Below are positions 9,671 to 19,966 of a DNA stretch of 64,000 nt, one piece after another (the first letter of the stretch is position 1; every line of letters begins with the position of its first letter). The DNA is from an uncultured Omnitrophica bacterium (lineage in GTDB: Bacteria > Omnitrophota > Gorgyraeia > JACQQV01), in the NCBI GenBank assembly GCA_947085655.1, contig CAMTXH010000005.1:6110-70109 (forward strand), read 5' to 3'. Position numbers and translations under genes: made by a program. Below the pieces are notes generated by a model. The model was not told where the DNA came from and did no database searches. It worked only from the letters and a program-made list of their open reading frames with translations.

Positions 9671-9771
9671 GAGGCCACAACTTACGGAGCCATAGGCGAC
9701 GTAAGTTGTACGGCCGAAATAATCCCGCCGCCATGCAGGTGGCGGGATCTTCACCACAGAAAGAAGGAGTC

Positions 9772-11883
9772 ATGCGAAGATGGATTGTGTGGGTTCTGTG
9801 GTTGGCCCCTTTATGGATCGGAGGGGTTTCATTTGCAGAAGAAAAGAAGCGGGAACCGATAGAGGAGTTTATCATGTTCCCTTTTGAGACGGTCATTGAA
9901 TTGAAGCGGCTCTTTATCACCCCTTCGCGTCTTCCGGGCCGTCCGGAGGAGCTTTACCTTTCGCCCTCCCATGTGACGGTGATCACGGAGGAAGAAATCC
10001 GGCGCTCAAAGGCGAGAACGCTGCCGGAGGTGCTGCGCCAGACGGAAGGAATTGTGATGTTCGATGACACCGGGAACAATCAGGATGTCCGGGTGAGTCT
10101 CCGGGGGTTTAATCAGGGAGAGGATGTGGTTGTTCTGGTGGACGGTATCCGGGCAAACGAACCGGATGCGAACAACATGATTTTCCCGCTCATTCCCCTT
10201 GAGGATATCGAGCGGATCGAGATCATCCGCGGAAGCTCTTCGGCCGTCTACGGGGACGGGGTCTTTTCAGGCGTCATCAACATTGTCACCAAAGGCATTC
10301 CGGAGGAGAAAGAGGTCTTTTACGAAGAATCGTATCAACTGGGAAGTTACCAGGCCCAGCGGTTTTTGAGCCGGGCCGGCGGAACGGCCGGGCCGACCCG
10401 GTGGTCTTTGAACTGGATCCGGGACCTGACGGACGGATATCGATCCAACGGCGGTTTCCGCGCCACCTATTTGGACACCCGTTGGGAAATTCAGTCTGAA
10501 GATAAACAATCTTCCGTCCGGATTCTTCTCAAAAATGTGGACGAAAGCATTCAAAATCCGGGATTTTTGACCAAATCGGAGATGGCCCAGAACCGTCGCC
10601 AAAGCCAAAACCCCAGGGACGGCCGCGAGATTTTCAATACGGTGGCCTCCATTGATTTGACCCATGCCTTTGAAGAAGATTTCTCCGTCCGGAGCAATCT
10701 TTTCTACCGGGAAAACAGTCTCGATTTTATCACCACAAGCCGGACCGCCCCGACTTTTGCCGGGACGGACGAGGTGATTACGAATACCCATCAGAAGGGT
10801 TTTGTTTTTGAAGCCGCATACCGTCGGGGTATCGCGATGACCGACCATGAACTGGTAGCCGGCGTGGAGTTTTCCAAATCGGATCAGGCAGACCGCCAGT
10901 TCGATACGGTCGGCGGCGCCCGTTCTACCCAGACGGCGGACCATGTGACCGATAAGGATACCGTCGGGATCTACTCCCAGTACAACTTTGATCTTTATGA
11001 GTGGCTTCGCGTGCATGCGGGCGTCCGGTTTGATGAGGTGGATTTTACCTTCCGGGATGCGGCGACCCCTACGGATAACGCCGACAACAAATTCTCCGAA
11101 TTAAGTCCAAAGGCAGGGTTAGTCATCCGGCCTTTCGAGGATCTTTCCTTTTTCGGGAATGTGTCCCGTTCCTTCAAATCGCCCAATATCACGGACCTTT
11201 TTACGCTGCCGGGGACCGGGAGTCTTATCTCCAACAAACAGTTAGGCCCCGAGAAGGGGGAGAATTTCGAGGGGGGGGTCCGCTTCACCCTGTGGGAACG
11301 GCTCGCCGGCTCCCTTGCCTATTACCGGATCAACCTTTCCGACGAGATTGAATTTGACGTAACCGCGGCCGATGCGTCTGCTCCCTTTGGAAAGTTTACC
11401 AACATCGGAAAAACCCGGCGCCATGGGATCGAGTCCTCCTTGCGGGGAGAAATCATCAAGGGATTGGACGGATATTTGACTTACACACTGACGGATGCCA
11501 CCTTCCGGTCCGGTTCGAACACGGGAAAGCACCTTACGCTTATTCCCGAACATCAAGCGACCGGCGGCGTATCCTTTGCGCCGCATCCGGATATGTCCCT
11601 TCATCTGGATACCCTGTTTGTCGGGGACCAGTATATGCTCGGAGACGAAGCCAATGCGAATCCGAAGCTCGAGCACTACTCCGTCGTAAATGCTTGGGCG
11701 ATTTTTCACCGGGGGAATGTTGAAATTTTCTTCCGGGTGAATAATCTTTTTGACCGACTTTACGACACGCGGGCGGTCCGGATCGGTTTTGCCGAATCCG
11801 GCTCCGGATTTTCCGCCGGAGACACTTTCTTCACCCCGGCCCCGGAACGGAATGTGGCGGCGGGGGCCCGTTTTCGGTTTTGA
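9772..11883 (+). CDS. TonB-dependent receptor, probable corrinoid transporter (BtuB-like)
   Basis: Signal peptide, plug motifs VTVITEEEI and IERIEIIRGSSSAVYG, VNNLFD, C-terminal Phe. RBS aaggag. Lies behind the B12 riboswitch. Confidence 0.9.
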   Translation: MRRWIVWVLWLAPLWIGGVSFAEEKKREPIEEFIMFPFETVIELKRLFITPSRLPGRPEELYLSPSHVTVITEEEIRRSKARTLPEVLRQTEGIVMFDDTGNNQDVRVSLRGFNQGEDVVVLVDGIRANEPDANNMIFPLIPLEDIERIEIIRGSSSAVYGDGVFSGVINIVTKGIPEEKEVFYEESYQLGSYQAQRFLSRAGGTAGPTRWSLNWIRDLTDGYRSNGGFRATYLDTRWEIQSEDKQSSVRILLKNVDESIQNPGFLTKSEMAQNRRQSQNPRDGREIFNTVASIDLTHAFEEDFSVRSNLFYRENSLDFITTSRTAPTFAGTDEVITNTHQKGFVFEAAYRRGIAMTDHELVAGVEFSKSDQADRQFDTVGGARSTQTADHVTDKDTVGIYSQYNFDLYEWLRVHAGVRFDEVDFTFRDAATPTDNADNKFSELSPKAGLVIRPFEDLSFFGNVSRSFKSPNITDLFTLPGTGSLISNKQLGPEKGENFEGGVRFTLWERLAGSLAYYRINLSDEIEFDVTAADASAPFGKFTNIGKTRRHGIESSLRGEIIKGLDGYLTYTLTDATFRSGSNTGKHLTLIPEHQATGGVSFAPHPDMSLHLDTLFVGDQYMLGDEANANPKLEHYSVVNAWAIFHRGNVEIFFRVNNLFDRLYDTRAVRIGFAESGSGFSAGDTFFTPAPERNVAAGARFRF

Positions 11884-11938
11884 GTCTGCTTGACAAAAAG
11901 AGGTTTCGGAACGTAGGATAAAGAGCAAGGAGGATAAG

Positions 11939-12457
11939 GTGGAGTATCTCTTGATCCTTTTGGCCGCTTTGGCACGGGTGGTGCCGCATCCCTCCAATGT
12001 GACGCCGGTCGCTGCCATGGCGCTTTTCGGCGGGGCATTTCTTTCCCGCCGCTTCGCCCTCCTTTATCCGCTTGCGGTGATGTTGATCTCGGACCTTATC
12101 CTGAATCTGTTTGTATACGACATTCCGATTTTTATTCCGGAGAGTTTCCTGGTTTATGCAAGCTTCCTCATTACAGGGGGTCTTGGCATCTGGTGTCGGA
12201 ACCGCCGGACCCTTGGGGTCCTGGTTGGGGTGTCTTTTGCCAGTTCCGTTCAATTTTTCCTTTTGACCAATTTCGGGACATGGCTTTTCAGCGGGCTCTA
12301 TCCGCAGACCGGAGCCGGCCTTGTTCAATGTTACACATTTGCCCTCCCCTTCTTCCAACAATCGGTGTTGGGGGATCTTTTCTGGCTTTCCTGCCTGTTG
12401 GGGGCGCATCGGATTGCGTCCCGGTGGCTGCCCGCCCGCATACGCGCTTCCTTCTGA
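11939..12457 (+). CDS. DUF6580-like membrane protein, putative solitary S-component transporter
   Basis: 172 aa, hydrophobic; PHPSNVTPVAAMALFGG and FFLLTNFGTW...YP...GLVQCY..ALPFF motifs. Confidence 0.75.
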   Translation: MEYLLILLAALARVVPHPSNVTPVAAMALFGGAFLSRRFALLYPLAVMLISDLILNLFVYDIPIFIPESFLVYASFLITGGLGIWCRNRRTLGVLVGVSFASSVQFFLLTNFGTWLFSGLYPQTGAGLVQCYTFALPFFQQSVLGDLFWLSCLLGAHRIASRWLPARIRASF

Positions 12458-13740
12458 TGTCTTTGAGACGCTTCCCGGAGGACTTTCTCTGGGGGTCTGC
12501 CACCTCCGCCCATCAGGTGGAAGGGGGGAATACCCATAACGATTGGTGGGAGTGGGAAGAAAGGGGCCGGGTGTCTGAAAAATCGGGCCGGGCCTCCGGG
12601 CATTATGAGCGGTTTCGGGAGGATTTTGCCATCGCCAAATCGCTTCATCATAACGCCCATCGGTTTTCCCTCGAATGGAGCCGGATGGAGCCGGAAGAGA
12701 ACCGTTGGGATGAGGAAACCATCCGGCATTACCGGGAGGTCTTTCAGGCGTTGCGCGAAAATACCCTTGAGCCGGTTGTGACGCTGCACCATTTTACCAA
12801 TCCTTTGTGGCTTGCCCGGCAGGGAGGATGGGAAAACGGAGAAGTCGTGAACCATTTTACCCGCTATGTCCGCAAGGTCTTGGACTGCTTCGGCTCGGAG
12901 ATCCGGTACTGGGTGACGCTGAATGAGCCGCTGGTGTATGTCTATCAGGGGTATATCGCGGGCGTCTGGCCCCCCGGCGAGAAAAATTTCAAAAAGGCAC
13001 TTCAGGTCATCCGGCATCAGCTTCTGGCCCATGCCCGGGCTTATCAGATGATCCATGAATTCTTCCGGTACCGCAGTCTGCCGAGGCCCTTTGTCGGATT
13101 TGCAAAGAATTACATCGCATTTTATGCCTGCAGTCCCCGCTCGCTCGCGGACCGGCTGAGCCGGTGGGTGCGGCACAGTTTTTTTAACGGCCTTTACCTG
13201 AAGGCACTCACCACCGGCCGGCTCTACTACCCCGGCATTTTTCTGGAGCGGCATCCCGAAATGGAAAGAACCCTCGATTTCATCGGGCTGAATTACTACA
13301 CACGAGATTTCGTCCATTTCGGAGGGTTTTCGCTTCCCGAAATTTTCGGAAATATCTGCAGTTTGGAACATCATGCCTCGGCGGGACCGCGGAATGATTT
13401 GGGGTGGGAGATTTTTCCGGAGGGGCTTTACCACGCGATCCGGGAGATCGGGCGGTTCCGCCTCCCGATTCTGGTTACCGAGAACGGCATCTGCACTCGC
13501 GATGACGAAACACGCTGGGCCTTTATCCGTTCACATCTGGAACAGCTTCACCGGGCCCTTCAGGAAAATATCGAGGTCATCGGTTACCTTCACTGGTCGT
13601 TGATTGATAATTTTGAGTGGGCGGAGGGGTTCGGGCCCCGGTTCGGGTTGGTCGAGGTTGATTACACCACGCAGAAACGGACCATTCGTCCCAGCGCCAG
13701 GCGATACGGAGACGTATGTCGGACCGGAACGCTGGACTGA
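12457..13740 (+). CDS. Glycoside hydrolase family 1 (beta-glucosidase-like)
   Basis: [23 protein letters not shown] acid/base, VTENG nucleophile, [12 protein letters not shown]. Confidence 0.95.
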   Translation: MSLRRFPEDFLWGSATSAHQVEGGNTHNDWWEWEERGRVSEKSGRASGHYERFREDFAIAKSLHHNAHRFSLEWSRMEPEENRWDEETIRHYREVFQALRENTLEPVVTLHHFTNPLWLARQGGWENGEVVNHFTRYVRKVLDCFGSEIRYWVTLNEPLVYVYQGYIAGVWPPGEKNFKKALQVIRHQLLAHARAYQMIHEFFRYRSLPRPFVGFAKNYIAFYACSPRSLADRLSRWVRHSFFNGLYLKALTTGRLYYPGIFLERHPEMERTLDFIGLNYYTRDFVHFGGFSLPEIFGNICSLEHHASAGPRNDLGWEIFPEGLYHAIREIGRFRLPILVTENGICTRDDETRWAFIRSHLEQLHRALQENIEVIGYLHWSLIDNFEWAEGFGPRFGLVEVDYTTQKRTIRPSARRYGDVCRTGTLD

Positions 13741-15917
13741 TGGTTGTCCTTACCTTTTTTCTCTTTTTAACCGGAGGATGTCAGATGGGTCACGGGGAAT
13801 CGCGTGCCCCTAATCGCTTAAGCCGGGAAAAGAGCCCTTATCTTTTGCAGCATGCGGATAATCCGGTTGATTGGTATCCGTGGGGGGAGGAGGCTTTTCA
13901 GAAGGCGAAGAAGGAAAACAAACCGATCTTCCTTTCCATCGGTTATTCCACCTGCCACTGGTGTCATGTGATGGAGGAGGAGTCTTTTGAGAATGCCGAG
14001 GTGGCCAAGATATTGAACGAACATTTTGTCGCCATCAAAGTGGACCGGGAGGAGCGGCCGGATGTGGATAACCTCTATATGTCGTTCGTCATGGCGATGT
14101 CCGGCTCGGGCGGCTGGCCCCTTTCGGTTTTTCTGACACCGGAGCGAAAACCCTTTTTCGGCGGGACCTACTTTCCGCCGGAGGACCGGTGGGGGCGCGC
14201 CGGCTTCAAAACAATCCTTTTGCAGCTCGCCTCGGCTTGGAAAACGCAGGAAGGGGCGATCGTTCAATCCAGCGAAGCGATCACACAGGCCTTGAGAGAA
14301 CATGGGGACCGGTCCGTCGATCAGGTGGTGAAACTGACCGAGGATACCCTGAAACGGGCCACTGAAGGACTCGGTAGCCAATTTGATTCCCACTTCGGCG
14401 GATTCGGTCCCGCTCCCAAATTCCCGAGAAGCCACACCCTTTCTTTTCTCCTCCGTTCCTGGAGGAGATGGAAGGATCCGGAGAGTCTTGCCATGGCGGA
14501 AAAAACCCTGCAGGAGATGGCAAAGGGCGGACTCCATGACCATCTTGGAGGCGGTTTTCACCGCTATTCCACCGACCGCCAGTGGCGGATCTCCCATTTT
14601 GAAAAAATGCTCTACGACCAGGCGATTCTGGCAAAAACTTACTTAGAGGCGTACCAGATCACGAAAAACGCTTTTTACGCCGAGGCGGCCCGTGATATTT
14701 TTGCCTATGTCCTCCGCGAGTTGCGAAGCCCGGAGGGGGCGTTCTATTCAGCGGAGGACGCCGACAGCGCTCCTGATTCGGCCCACCCCGAAGAAAAATC
14801 AGAAGGGGCATTTTACCTCTGGCGTAAGCAGGAAATCCTGGACATTCTGGGTGAAGAAAAGGGGGAACTTTTCAGTTTTCACTATGGGGTTCTTCCAAAC
14901 GGAAACGCCCTCACCGACCCGCATGAAGCATTGAAAGACAAAAACGTTTTATATATCGCCTATTCGGCGGAGGAGACGGCGAAGACGTTTCAAAAAAGAC
15001 CGGAAGAGGTGGAAACCGTTCTTTCAGAGGGGCGGAAACGCCTTTTTGCGGAACAAAAAAAGCGGCTCCGCCCGCATCTGGATGACAAAATCCTTGTGGA
15101 TTGGAATGGACTCTTGATTTCGAGTCTTGCCTTCGGCTCCCGTGTTCTTCGATCACCCGAATATCGGGAGGCGGCCCGTTCGGCAGCCGATTTTATTCTG
15201 GCGCGACTCGTCCGCAAAGACGGACGGCTCCTCCATCGCTACCGGGACGGGGAAGCAGGGATCCTCGGAACCCTTGAAGATTACGCCTTCCTGATCCACG
15301 GGTTGATCGACCTTTATGAGGCGACCTTCGATCTTCGCTATTTGGAGTCGGCCAAGAAACTGGCGGGGGGGATGCTTGAGCTTTTCTGGGAAGAGGCGGA
15401 AGGGGGGTTTTTCCTGACCGGGAAGGATGCGCCGGAACTGGTCCTCCGCCCCAAGGAAATTTACGATGGGGCAATCCCGGCCGGGAGTTCGGTGGCGGCC
15501 TTGGACCTTCTCCGGCTCGGACGGCTGACCATGGATCGCTCCTTTGAGGAGAAAGCGGAAATCCTTTTTGATCGGATCTCTTCCCAGATTGCCCAGGCCC
15601 CTATGCATTATCCCCAGCTTTTGATTGCACTTGATTTTGCAATCGGCCCCTCTCAGGAATTGGTCCTGGCAGGCGAACAGCGGGACCCTGCGCTTCAAGA
15701 GATGCTGCAGATCCTTTATGAGCATTTCCTTCCGAACAAAGTGGTTTTATTTCACCCACCAGGGGAACAGGGAGAACACCTTGAATCGTTGGCCCCCTTT
15801 GCGGCCTCTCAACATCAAGTGGATGGGAAGACGACCGTTTATGTCTGTGAAAATTATGTCTGCCGGTTGCCCACGAATGAACCGGAAGATTTCAAGCGTC
15901 TTTTGGAGCAGTTCTGA
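13740..15917 (+). CDS. YyaL/SSP411 thioredoxin-domain (DUF255) protein
   Basis: [49 protein letters not shown]. Confidence 0.93.
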   Translation: MVVLTFFLFLTGGCQMGHGESRAPNRLSREKSPYLLQHADNPVDWYPWGEEAFQKAKKENKPIFLSIGYSTCHWCHVMEEESFENAEVAKILNEHFVAIKVDREERPDVDNLYMSFVMAMSGSGGWPLSVFLTPERKPFFGGTYFPPEDRWGRAGFKTILLQLASAWKTQEGAIVQSSEAITQALREHGDRSVDQVVKLTEDTLKRATEGLGSQFDSHFGGFGPAPKFPRSHTLSFLLRSWRRWKDPESLAMAEKTLQEMAKGGLHDHLGGGFHRYSTDRQWRISHFEKMLYDQAILAKTYLEAYQITKNAFYAEAARDIFAYVLRELRSPEGAFYSAEDADSAPDSAHPEEKSEGAFYLWRKQEILDILGEEKGELFSFHYGVLPNGNALTDPHEALKDKNVLYIAYSAEETAKTFQKRPEEVETVLSEGRKRLFAEQKKRLRPHLDDKILVDWNGLLISSLAFGSRVLRSPEYREAARSAADFILARLVRKDGRLLHRYRDGEAGILGTLEDYAFLIHGLIDLYEATFDLRYLESAKKLAGGMLELFWEEAEGGFFLTGKDAPELVLRPKEIYDGAIPAGSSVAALDLLRLGRLTMDRSFEEKAEILFDRISSQIAQAPMHYPQLLIALDFAIGPSQELVLAGEQRDPALQEMLQILYEHFLPNKVVLFHPPGEQGEHLESLAPFAASQHQVDGKTTVYVCENYVCRLPTNEPEDFKRLLEQF

Positions 15918-15944
15918 TTTGATGAAATGATATAATAAGAGATC

Positions 15945-16020
15945 GCCGATGTAGCTCAGTAGGCAGAGCAGCGGTTTCGTAAACCGCGGGTCGGAGGTTC
16001 GATTCCTCTCATCGGCTCCA
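15945..16020 (+). tRNA. tRNA-Thr(CGT)
   Basis: Cloverleaf gccgatg...catcggc, anticodon arm gcggt-ttCGTaa-accgc, T loop ttcgatt, encoded CCA. Confidence 0.97.
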
Positions 16021-16179
16021 CTTCTTTGTGTCGCTACAGCGTCTTGAGGAATCGAAGCCTGACGAGCGCATCCAGTGGATGAAAGCCGCGACCTTATGGG
16101 AGCAGCGTCAGTGAGTCAGGCCGCCTGAAACTTGGGTTGGGTCCCAAGTTGAAGGCGATTCCTCTCATCGGCTCCACTT
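16000..16179 (+). repeat. 24-bp direct repeat of the tRNA-Thr 3' end enclosing a 132-bp structured insert
   Basis: cgattcctctcatcggctccactt at 16000-16023 and 16156-16179. Confidence 0.92.
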
Positions 16180-16181
16180 TT

Positions 16182-17048
16182 ATGTTAACCCAACAATCTC
16201 TCAAAGAACAATTTCCATTTGATCTGGTTGTCGTTGTCTCCCCCCACCCGGATGACAGCTGCATTGCGGTCGGTGGCTTTTTGTACCGCCTCGCCAAGGA
16301 AAAACCTGGCTGTAAAGTCCATGTATTCGTGATGACGAGCGGCTACCGGGGTGTTACGGATCAGTACCTGAGATCGCTTCTGGCAAGTCCAGAGGGGTCT
16401 TCCATTTTTTCAAAAGGGGAGGCGAATCAGGGTCTTTCGCTTCTTCAAAAGAAGGAAGCATCCCCCCCGACGCCGGAAGAGCGTCACATCCTGATCGATA
16501 TGAAGGTCAAGATCCGACGGCATGAGGCGGAGGAAGAGGCAAAGATCCTTTCTTTTATCCCCCATTTTATGAATCTGAAAATATACGACGAGCGGACCCT
16601 CCTCGATGAGGACCGAAAGCGTTTCTTGGAGGAGTTGAAGAAGGTTCATTCAGAGGGGAAGCGTCATCTGATCATCTATCCCAGTATCAACGACGCGCAC
16701 CAGACCCACATCCTCTGCATGCAACTCGCCCTCGATGTCGTGGAATCGAACTATCCCAAGGCGTACGAAAAATGGGCCTATGAGTCTCCATGGGCACGGA
16801 TCCACGGACGCGCGGATATCATTATCCCGCTCTCCGAAGAAACGCTCCGGAAAAAAGTGGAGGCGACGCAGGTCCACCGGTCCCAGGTGAGCCGGACCCC
16901 GTATGGAGACCTGGTCGAGGGGATTGCGATCCGAAACGCCGCGGTGTTATCGGAGTTGCTGGGAACCTTCAGTCCGGAGAAGGCCTATTCGTTAGGCAAG
17001 TACGCAGAAGTCTTAACCAAACGAAGCGATCGCATCATCTATCTCTAA
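16182..17048 (+). CDS. PIG-L/LmbE family deacetylase
   Basis: VVVSPHPDDS, DAHQTH, HRSQ motifs. Confidence 0.85.
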   Translation: MLTQQSLKEQFPFDLVVVVSPHPDDSCIAVGGFLYRLAKEKPGCKVHVFVMTSGYRGVTDQYLRSLLASPEGSSIFSKGEANQGLSLLQKKEASPPTPEERHILIDMKVKIRRHEAEEEAKILSFIPHFMNLKIYDERTLLDEDRKRFLEELKKVHSEGKRHLIIYPSINDAHQTHILCMQLALDVVESNYPKAYEKWAYESPWARIHGRADIIIPLSEETLRKKVEATQVHRSQVSRTPYGDLVEGIAIRNAAVLSELLGTFSPEKAYSLGKYAEVLTKRSDRIIYL

Positions 17049-17092
17049 AGATGAGCTTCACACCAAGGACTTCAGAAAGGGTAAGGAACGAG

Positions 17093-17608
17093 ATGAATGA
17101 CCTGAAACAACTGATTCGGGACGTGCCGGATTTTCCCAAACCAGGAATCCTCTTTCGGGACATTACCCCCCTTCTCCGGGACCCGCGCGCGATTCAGAAA
17201 GTGGTCACGCAGTTTGCGGGCCGGTATACGGGAAAGCGGATTGATGCGGTGGTTGCGGTGGAATCGCGCGGGTTTATTTTAGGCGCAGCCGTTGCCTACC
17301 GGCTCGGGGCGGGGCTTGTGCCGGTTCGGAAGCAGGGAAAACTGCCGTGGAAAACGTATCATAAGGAATGTCTTCTTGAATACGGTAAGGAAGTTCTGGA
17401 AATCCATCAGGATGCTCTTTCACCCGGCGAACAGGTCCTCATTATGGATGATGTGCTGGCCACCGGAGGGACGCTTGCTGCGACAGTTCACCTGGTGGAA
17501 AGAATGAAAGCGCATGTGGTGGAGGTGGCCTGTCTCGCGGAGTTGACTGGTTTGGCCGGCCGGGCGAAACTTTCACCCCATCTCGTTTTTTCGTTGCTTC
17601 AATATTAA
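17093..17608 (+). CDS. apt: Adenine phosphoribosyltransferase
   Basis: IRDVPDFPKPGILFRDITPLL, ESRGF, DDVLATGGT. Confidence 0.96.
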   Translation: MNDLKQLIRDVPDFPKPGILFRDITPLLRDPRAIQKVVTQFAGRYTGKRIDAVVAVESRGFILGAAVAYRLGAGLVPVRKQGKLPWKTYHKECLLEYGKEVLEIHQDALSPGEQVLIMDDVLATGGTLAATVHLVERMKAHVVEVACLAELTGLAGRAKLSPHLVFSLLQY

Positions 17609-17610
17609 AC

Positions 17611-18414
17611 ATGATGATGAAAATCGGTCTGATGTGCCCCATGAAGGAAGAAGCGGAGTTCATCGCAAAACAGCTTGAACGACCGCACCGGCTGAAACTT
17701 TTGGGGACGCAAGTGCAAGAAGGGATGTGGCACAACTTCCATTGCATCGTTATGCAATCGGGACTCGGCAAGGTCGCCGCCGCCGCGGGGACACAGGCGC
17801 TGATCGACACCTGTCAGGTTGGAGCCGTTTTCGTGGTGGGGCTTGCCGGGGCTCTGGATCCCGCCCTCCGGATCGGGGATATTGTGATTGCGGATGAACT
17901 CATCCAGCACGATTTGGATGTCCGCCCCTTATTTGACTATACGGTCATTCCCGATCTCGGTCTGAAGTCTATCGAGACAGATAGGTCCCTGCGCCAAGCG
18001 GCCTTTTCGGCGGCGGAGGAATTGGCCAAAAAACGATTTCCAACGCTTTTTAGCGAAGAAGTCAAGACCCGCTTCGGCCTTTTGATACCGCAGGTGAAAG
18101 TCGGTCCGGTGTTGACAGGGGACCAGTTTGTGTCGGGGGATGGAACCGGGCGGCTGCGGCAGCTTTTTCCAAAAGCACTCTGTGTTGAGATGGAAGGAGC
18201 CGCAGCGGCTCAGGTCTGTTTGATGAACAGCGTTCCTTTGGCAGTTCTTCGCGTTATTTCAGACAGGGCGGATCACAAGGCCCAGTTTGATTTTACAGGA
18301 TTCTTGAACGAAGTAGCGGGGAAATACGGCTTTGCCCTGCTCGATCTTCTCCTCAGCCGTCACCTTTCGGAGGATTTTCGTGAAGATTATCGCCCATCGG
18401 GGCGCCAGCGCTGA
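17611..18414 (+). CDS. mtnN: 5'-methylthioadenosine/S-adenosylhomocysteine nucleosidase
   Basis: SGLGKVAAA, TGDQFV, VEMEGAAAAQVC, RVISDRAD. Confidence 0.92.
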   Translation: MMMKIGLMCPMKEEAEFIAKQLERPHRLKLLGTQVQEGMWHNFHCIVMQSGLGKVAAAAGTQALIDTCQVGAVFVVGLAGALDPALRIGDIVIADELIQHDLDVRPLFDYTVIPDLGLKSIETDRSLRQAAFSAAEELAKKRFPTLFSEEVKTRFGLLIPQVKVGPVLTGDQFVSGDGTGRLRQLFPKALCVEMEGAAAAQVCLMNSVPLAVLRVISDRADHKAQFDFTGFLNEVAGKYGFALLDLLLSRHLSEDFREDYRPSGRQR

Positions 18415-19057
18415 ATGCCCCGAGAATACGGTGGCGGCATTCGAACGGGCCCTTGAAATCGGCGTGGATGCCGTTGAACTGGACCTCCTCATCACAAAAG
18501 AGGAGCGGCTTGTGGTGCGGCATGACGATCTCATCCGGCAAAAGGGAAGCTGGCATTCCATTCGGGAACTCTCCTTTGACGAATTAAAAGAGGTGGACGT
18601 GGGGAAAGGGGAGAGGATTCCTTCTCTGGAGGAGGTCTTCGACCGTTTTTACGGCCGCTCTCCTCTGATGTTGGATCTGAAAACGTTCGGGCTGGCCGAA
18701 TCCCTTTCGGAATTTCTCATCAGGCGGAAAGCCCTGCAGGGTGTCCACATCACCTCCTTTCTCCATTCCGAAATCGTTGAAATTGCCAAACGGATACCAG
18801 GCATTGAGCGTTCCATTGTCGTGGCCGCGATGCCGATTGACTTTGAGCCCCTTTTCCGGGATTCCGGCACGCAAGAAGTGAGTCTTTTTCGCGGCTACCT
18901 GAATGAGACAATTACCAAGCGACTTCAAGATCACGGCATCCGTGTCCGCGCTTATCCGGTGAATTGGCCGGAGGAAGCCAAACGATTCGCCTCCTGGGGG
19001 GTGGATGCCATTTTTACCGATGATCCTGCCCGGATGCAGTCTTTTCGGAAACTTTAG
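18380..19057 (+). CDS. Glycerophosphodiester phosphodiesterase
   Basis: IIAHRGASAECPENT, VELD, HD, IFTDDP. Confidence 0.92.
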   Translation: MKIIAHRGASAECPENTVAAFERALEIGVDAVELDLLITKEERLVVRHDDLIRQKGSWHSIRELSFDELKEVDVGKGERIPSLEEVFDRFYGRSPLMLDLKTFGLAESLSEFLIRRKALQGVHITSFLHSEIVEIAKRIPGIERSIVVAAMPIDFEPLFRDSGTQEVSLFRGYLNETITKRLQDHGIRVRAYPVNWPEEAKRFASWGVDAIFTDDPARMQSFRKL

Positions 19058-19058
19058 G

Positions 19059-19087
19059 TTGTCAACCGCGCCACAATCGCCTATAAT
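19059..19087 (+). promoter_or_regulatory. Sigma70-type promoter of nfo
   Basis: TTGTCA, 17 bp spacer, TATAAT (19082-19087). Confidence 0.7.
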
Positions 19088-19108
19088 AAAGTTCTCCGGG
19101 GTGTTCTG

Positions 19109-19963
19109 ATGTGGCTCGGTGCGCATATGTCGATCGCCGGAGGGCTCGAGAAAGCGATCGAACGGGGTGCATCCATCGGGTGTACCGCCATTCAAATTTT
19201 TACCAAAAACAGCAATCAGTGGCGCACCCCTTCTCTTTCGGAAAAAGAAATCCGTGCTTTCAAGACGCAAAGGGATGCTTGGGGAAAAGGTTCCCTATTT
19301 GCACACGATTCCTACCTGATTAATTTGGGGAGCCCGGATGAGGTGCTGTTTCGAAAGTCCCTCAGCGCCTTTCAGGAGGAATACGACCGTTGCGGGCAAC
19401 TGGACCTTGATTTTTTGGTGATGCATCCCGGCGCCCATGTCGGCGCGGGGGAGGAAGGATGCCTGGCCCAGATTGCAAGGGCCGTTCAGACGGTTCTCGG
19501 CCATTCGCCCGGTGTCCGGACCAAAATTCTTTTTGAAGTAACGGCCGGTCAGGGCTCGAATGTCGGCTACCGGTTCGAGCATCTAAAGTTTCTCCTTGAA
19601 AAAAGCGGGCCGGCGGAGCGGCTCGGCATCTGTTTCGATACCTGTCATGTCTTTGCGGCCGGATACGATTTGCGGACCCAGAAGGTCTACGAGGAGACGA
19701 TGGCCGAGTTCGACCGGATTGTGGGAACGAAAAATATCAGGGCGTTCCACCTCAACGACTCCAAAAAGGGACTGAACTGCCGGGTGGACCGGCACGAGCA
19801 TATCGGAAAAGGAGCGATCGGGCTCGAGGGATTCCGGGCGCTGATGAACGACGGGCGGTTTCGGGACGTACCCAAGGTTCTCGAGACCCCGAAGGGGGAG
19901 GATATGGCCGAGGATGTCATGAATTTGAAGACCCTGCGACGTTTGATTTCCAAAAGGACATAA
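19109..19963 (+). CDS. nfo: Endonuclease IV
   Basis: GAHMSIAGG, HDSYLINL, HPG, DTCH, HLNDSK, DRHEHIG, ETP. Confidence 0.96.
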   Translation: MWLGAHMSIAGGLEKAIERGASIGCTAIQIFTKNSNQWRTPSLSEKEIRAFKTQRDAWGKGSLFAHDSYLINLGSPDEVLFRKSLSAFQEEYDRCGQLDLDFLVMHPGAHVGAGEEGCLAQIARAVQTVLGHSPGVRTKILFEVTAGQGSNVGYRFEHLKFLLEKSGPAERLGICFDTCHVFAAGYDLRTQKVYEETMAEFDRIVGTKNIRAFHLNDSKKGLNCRVDRHEHIGKGAIGLEGFRALMNDGRFRDVPKVLETPKGEDMAEDVMNLKTLRRLISKRT

Positions 19964-19966
19964 CCG

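Noticed and set aside
9404-9862. Short ORFs across the riboswitch leader
   Set aside because: The region is explained by riboswitch, terminator and hairpins; no RBS or protein features.
16059-16090. ctgacgag...gaaa resembles a hammerhead ribozyme core
   Set aside because: Stem II does not close correctly before GAAA, and no matching stem III or cleavage triplet could be built.
16000-16179. Direct repeats as a CRISPR array or prophage boundary
   Set aside because: Only two copies, tRNA-derived, 156 bp apart; no cas, integrase or phage genes in the window.
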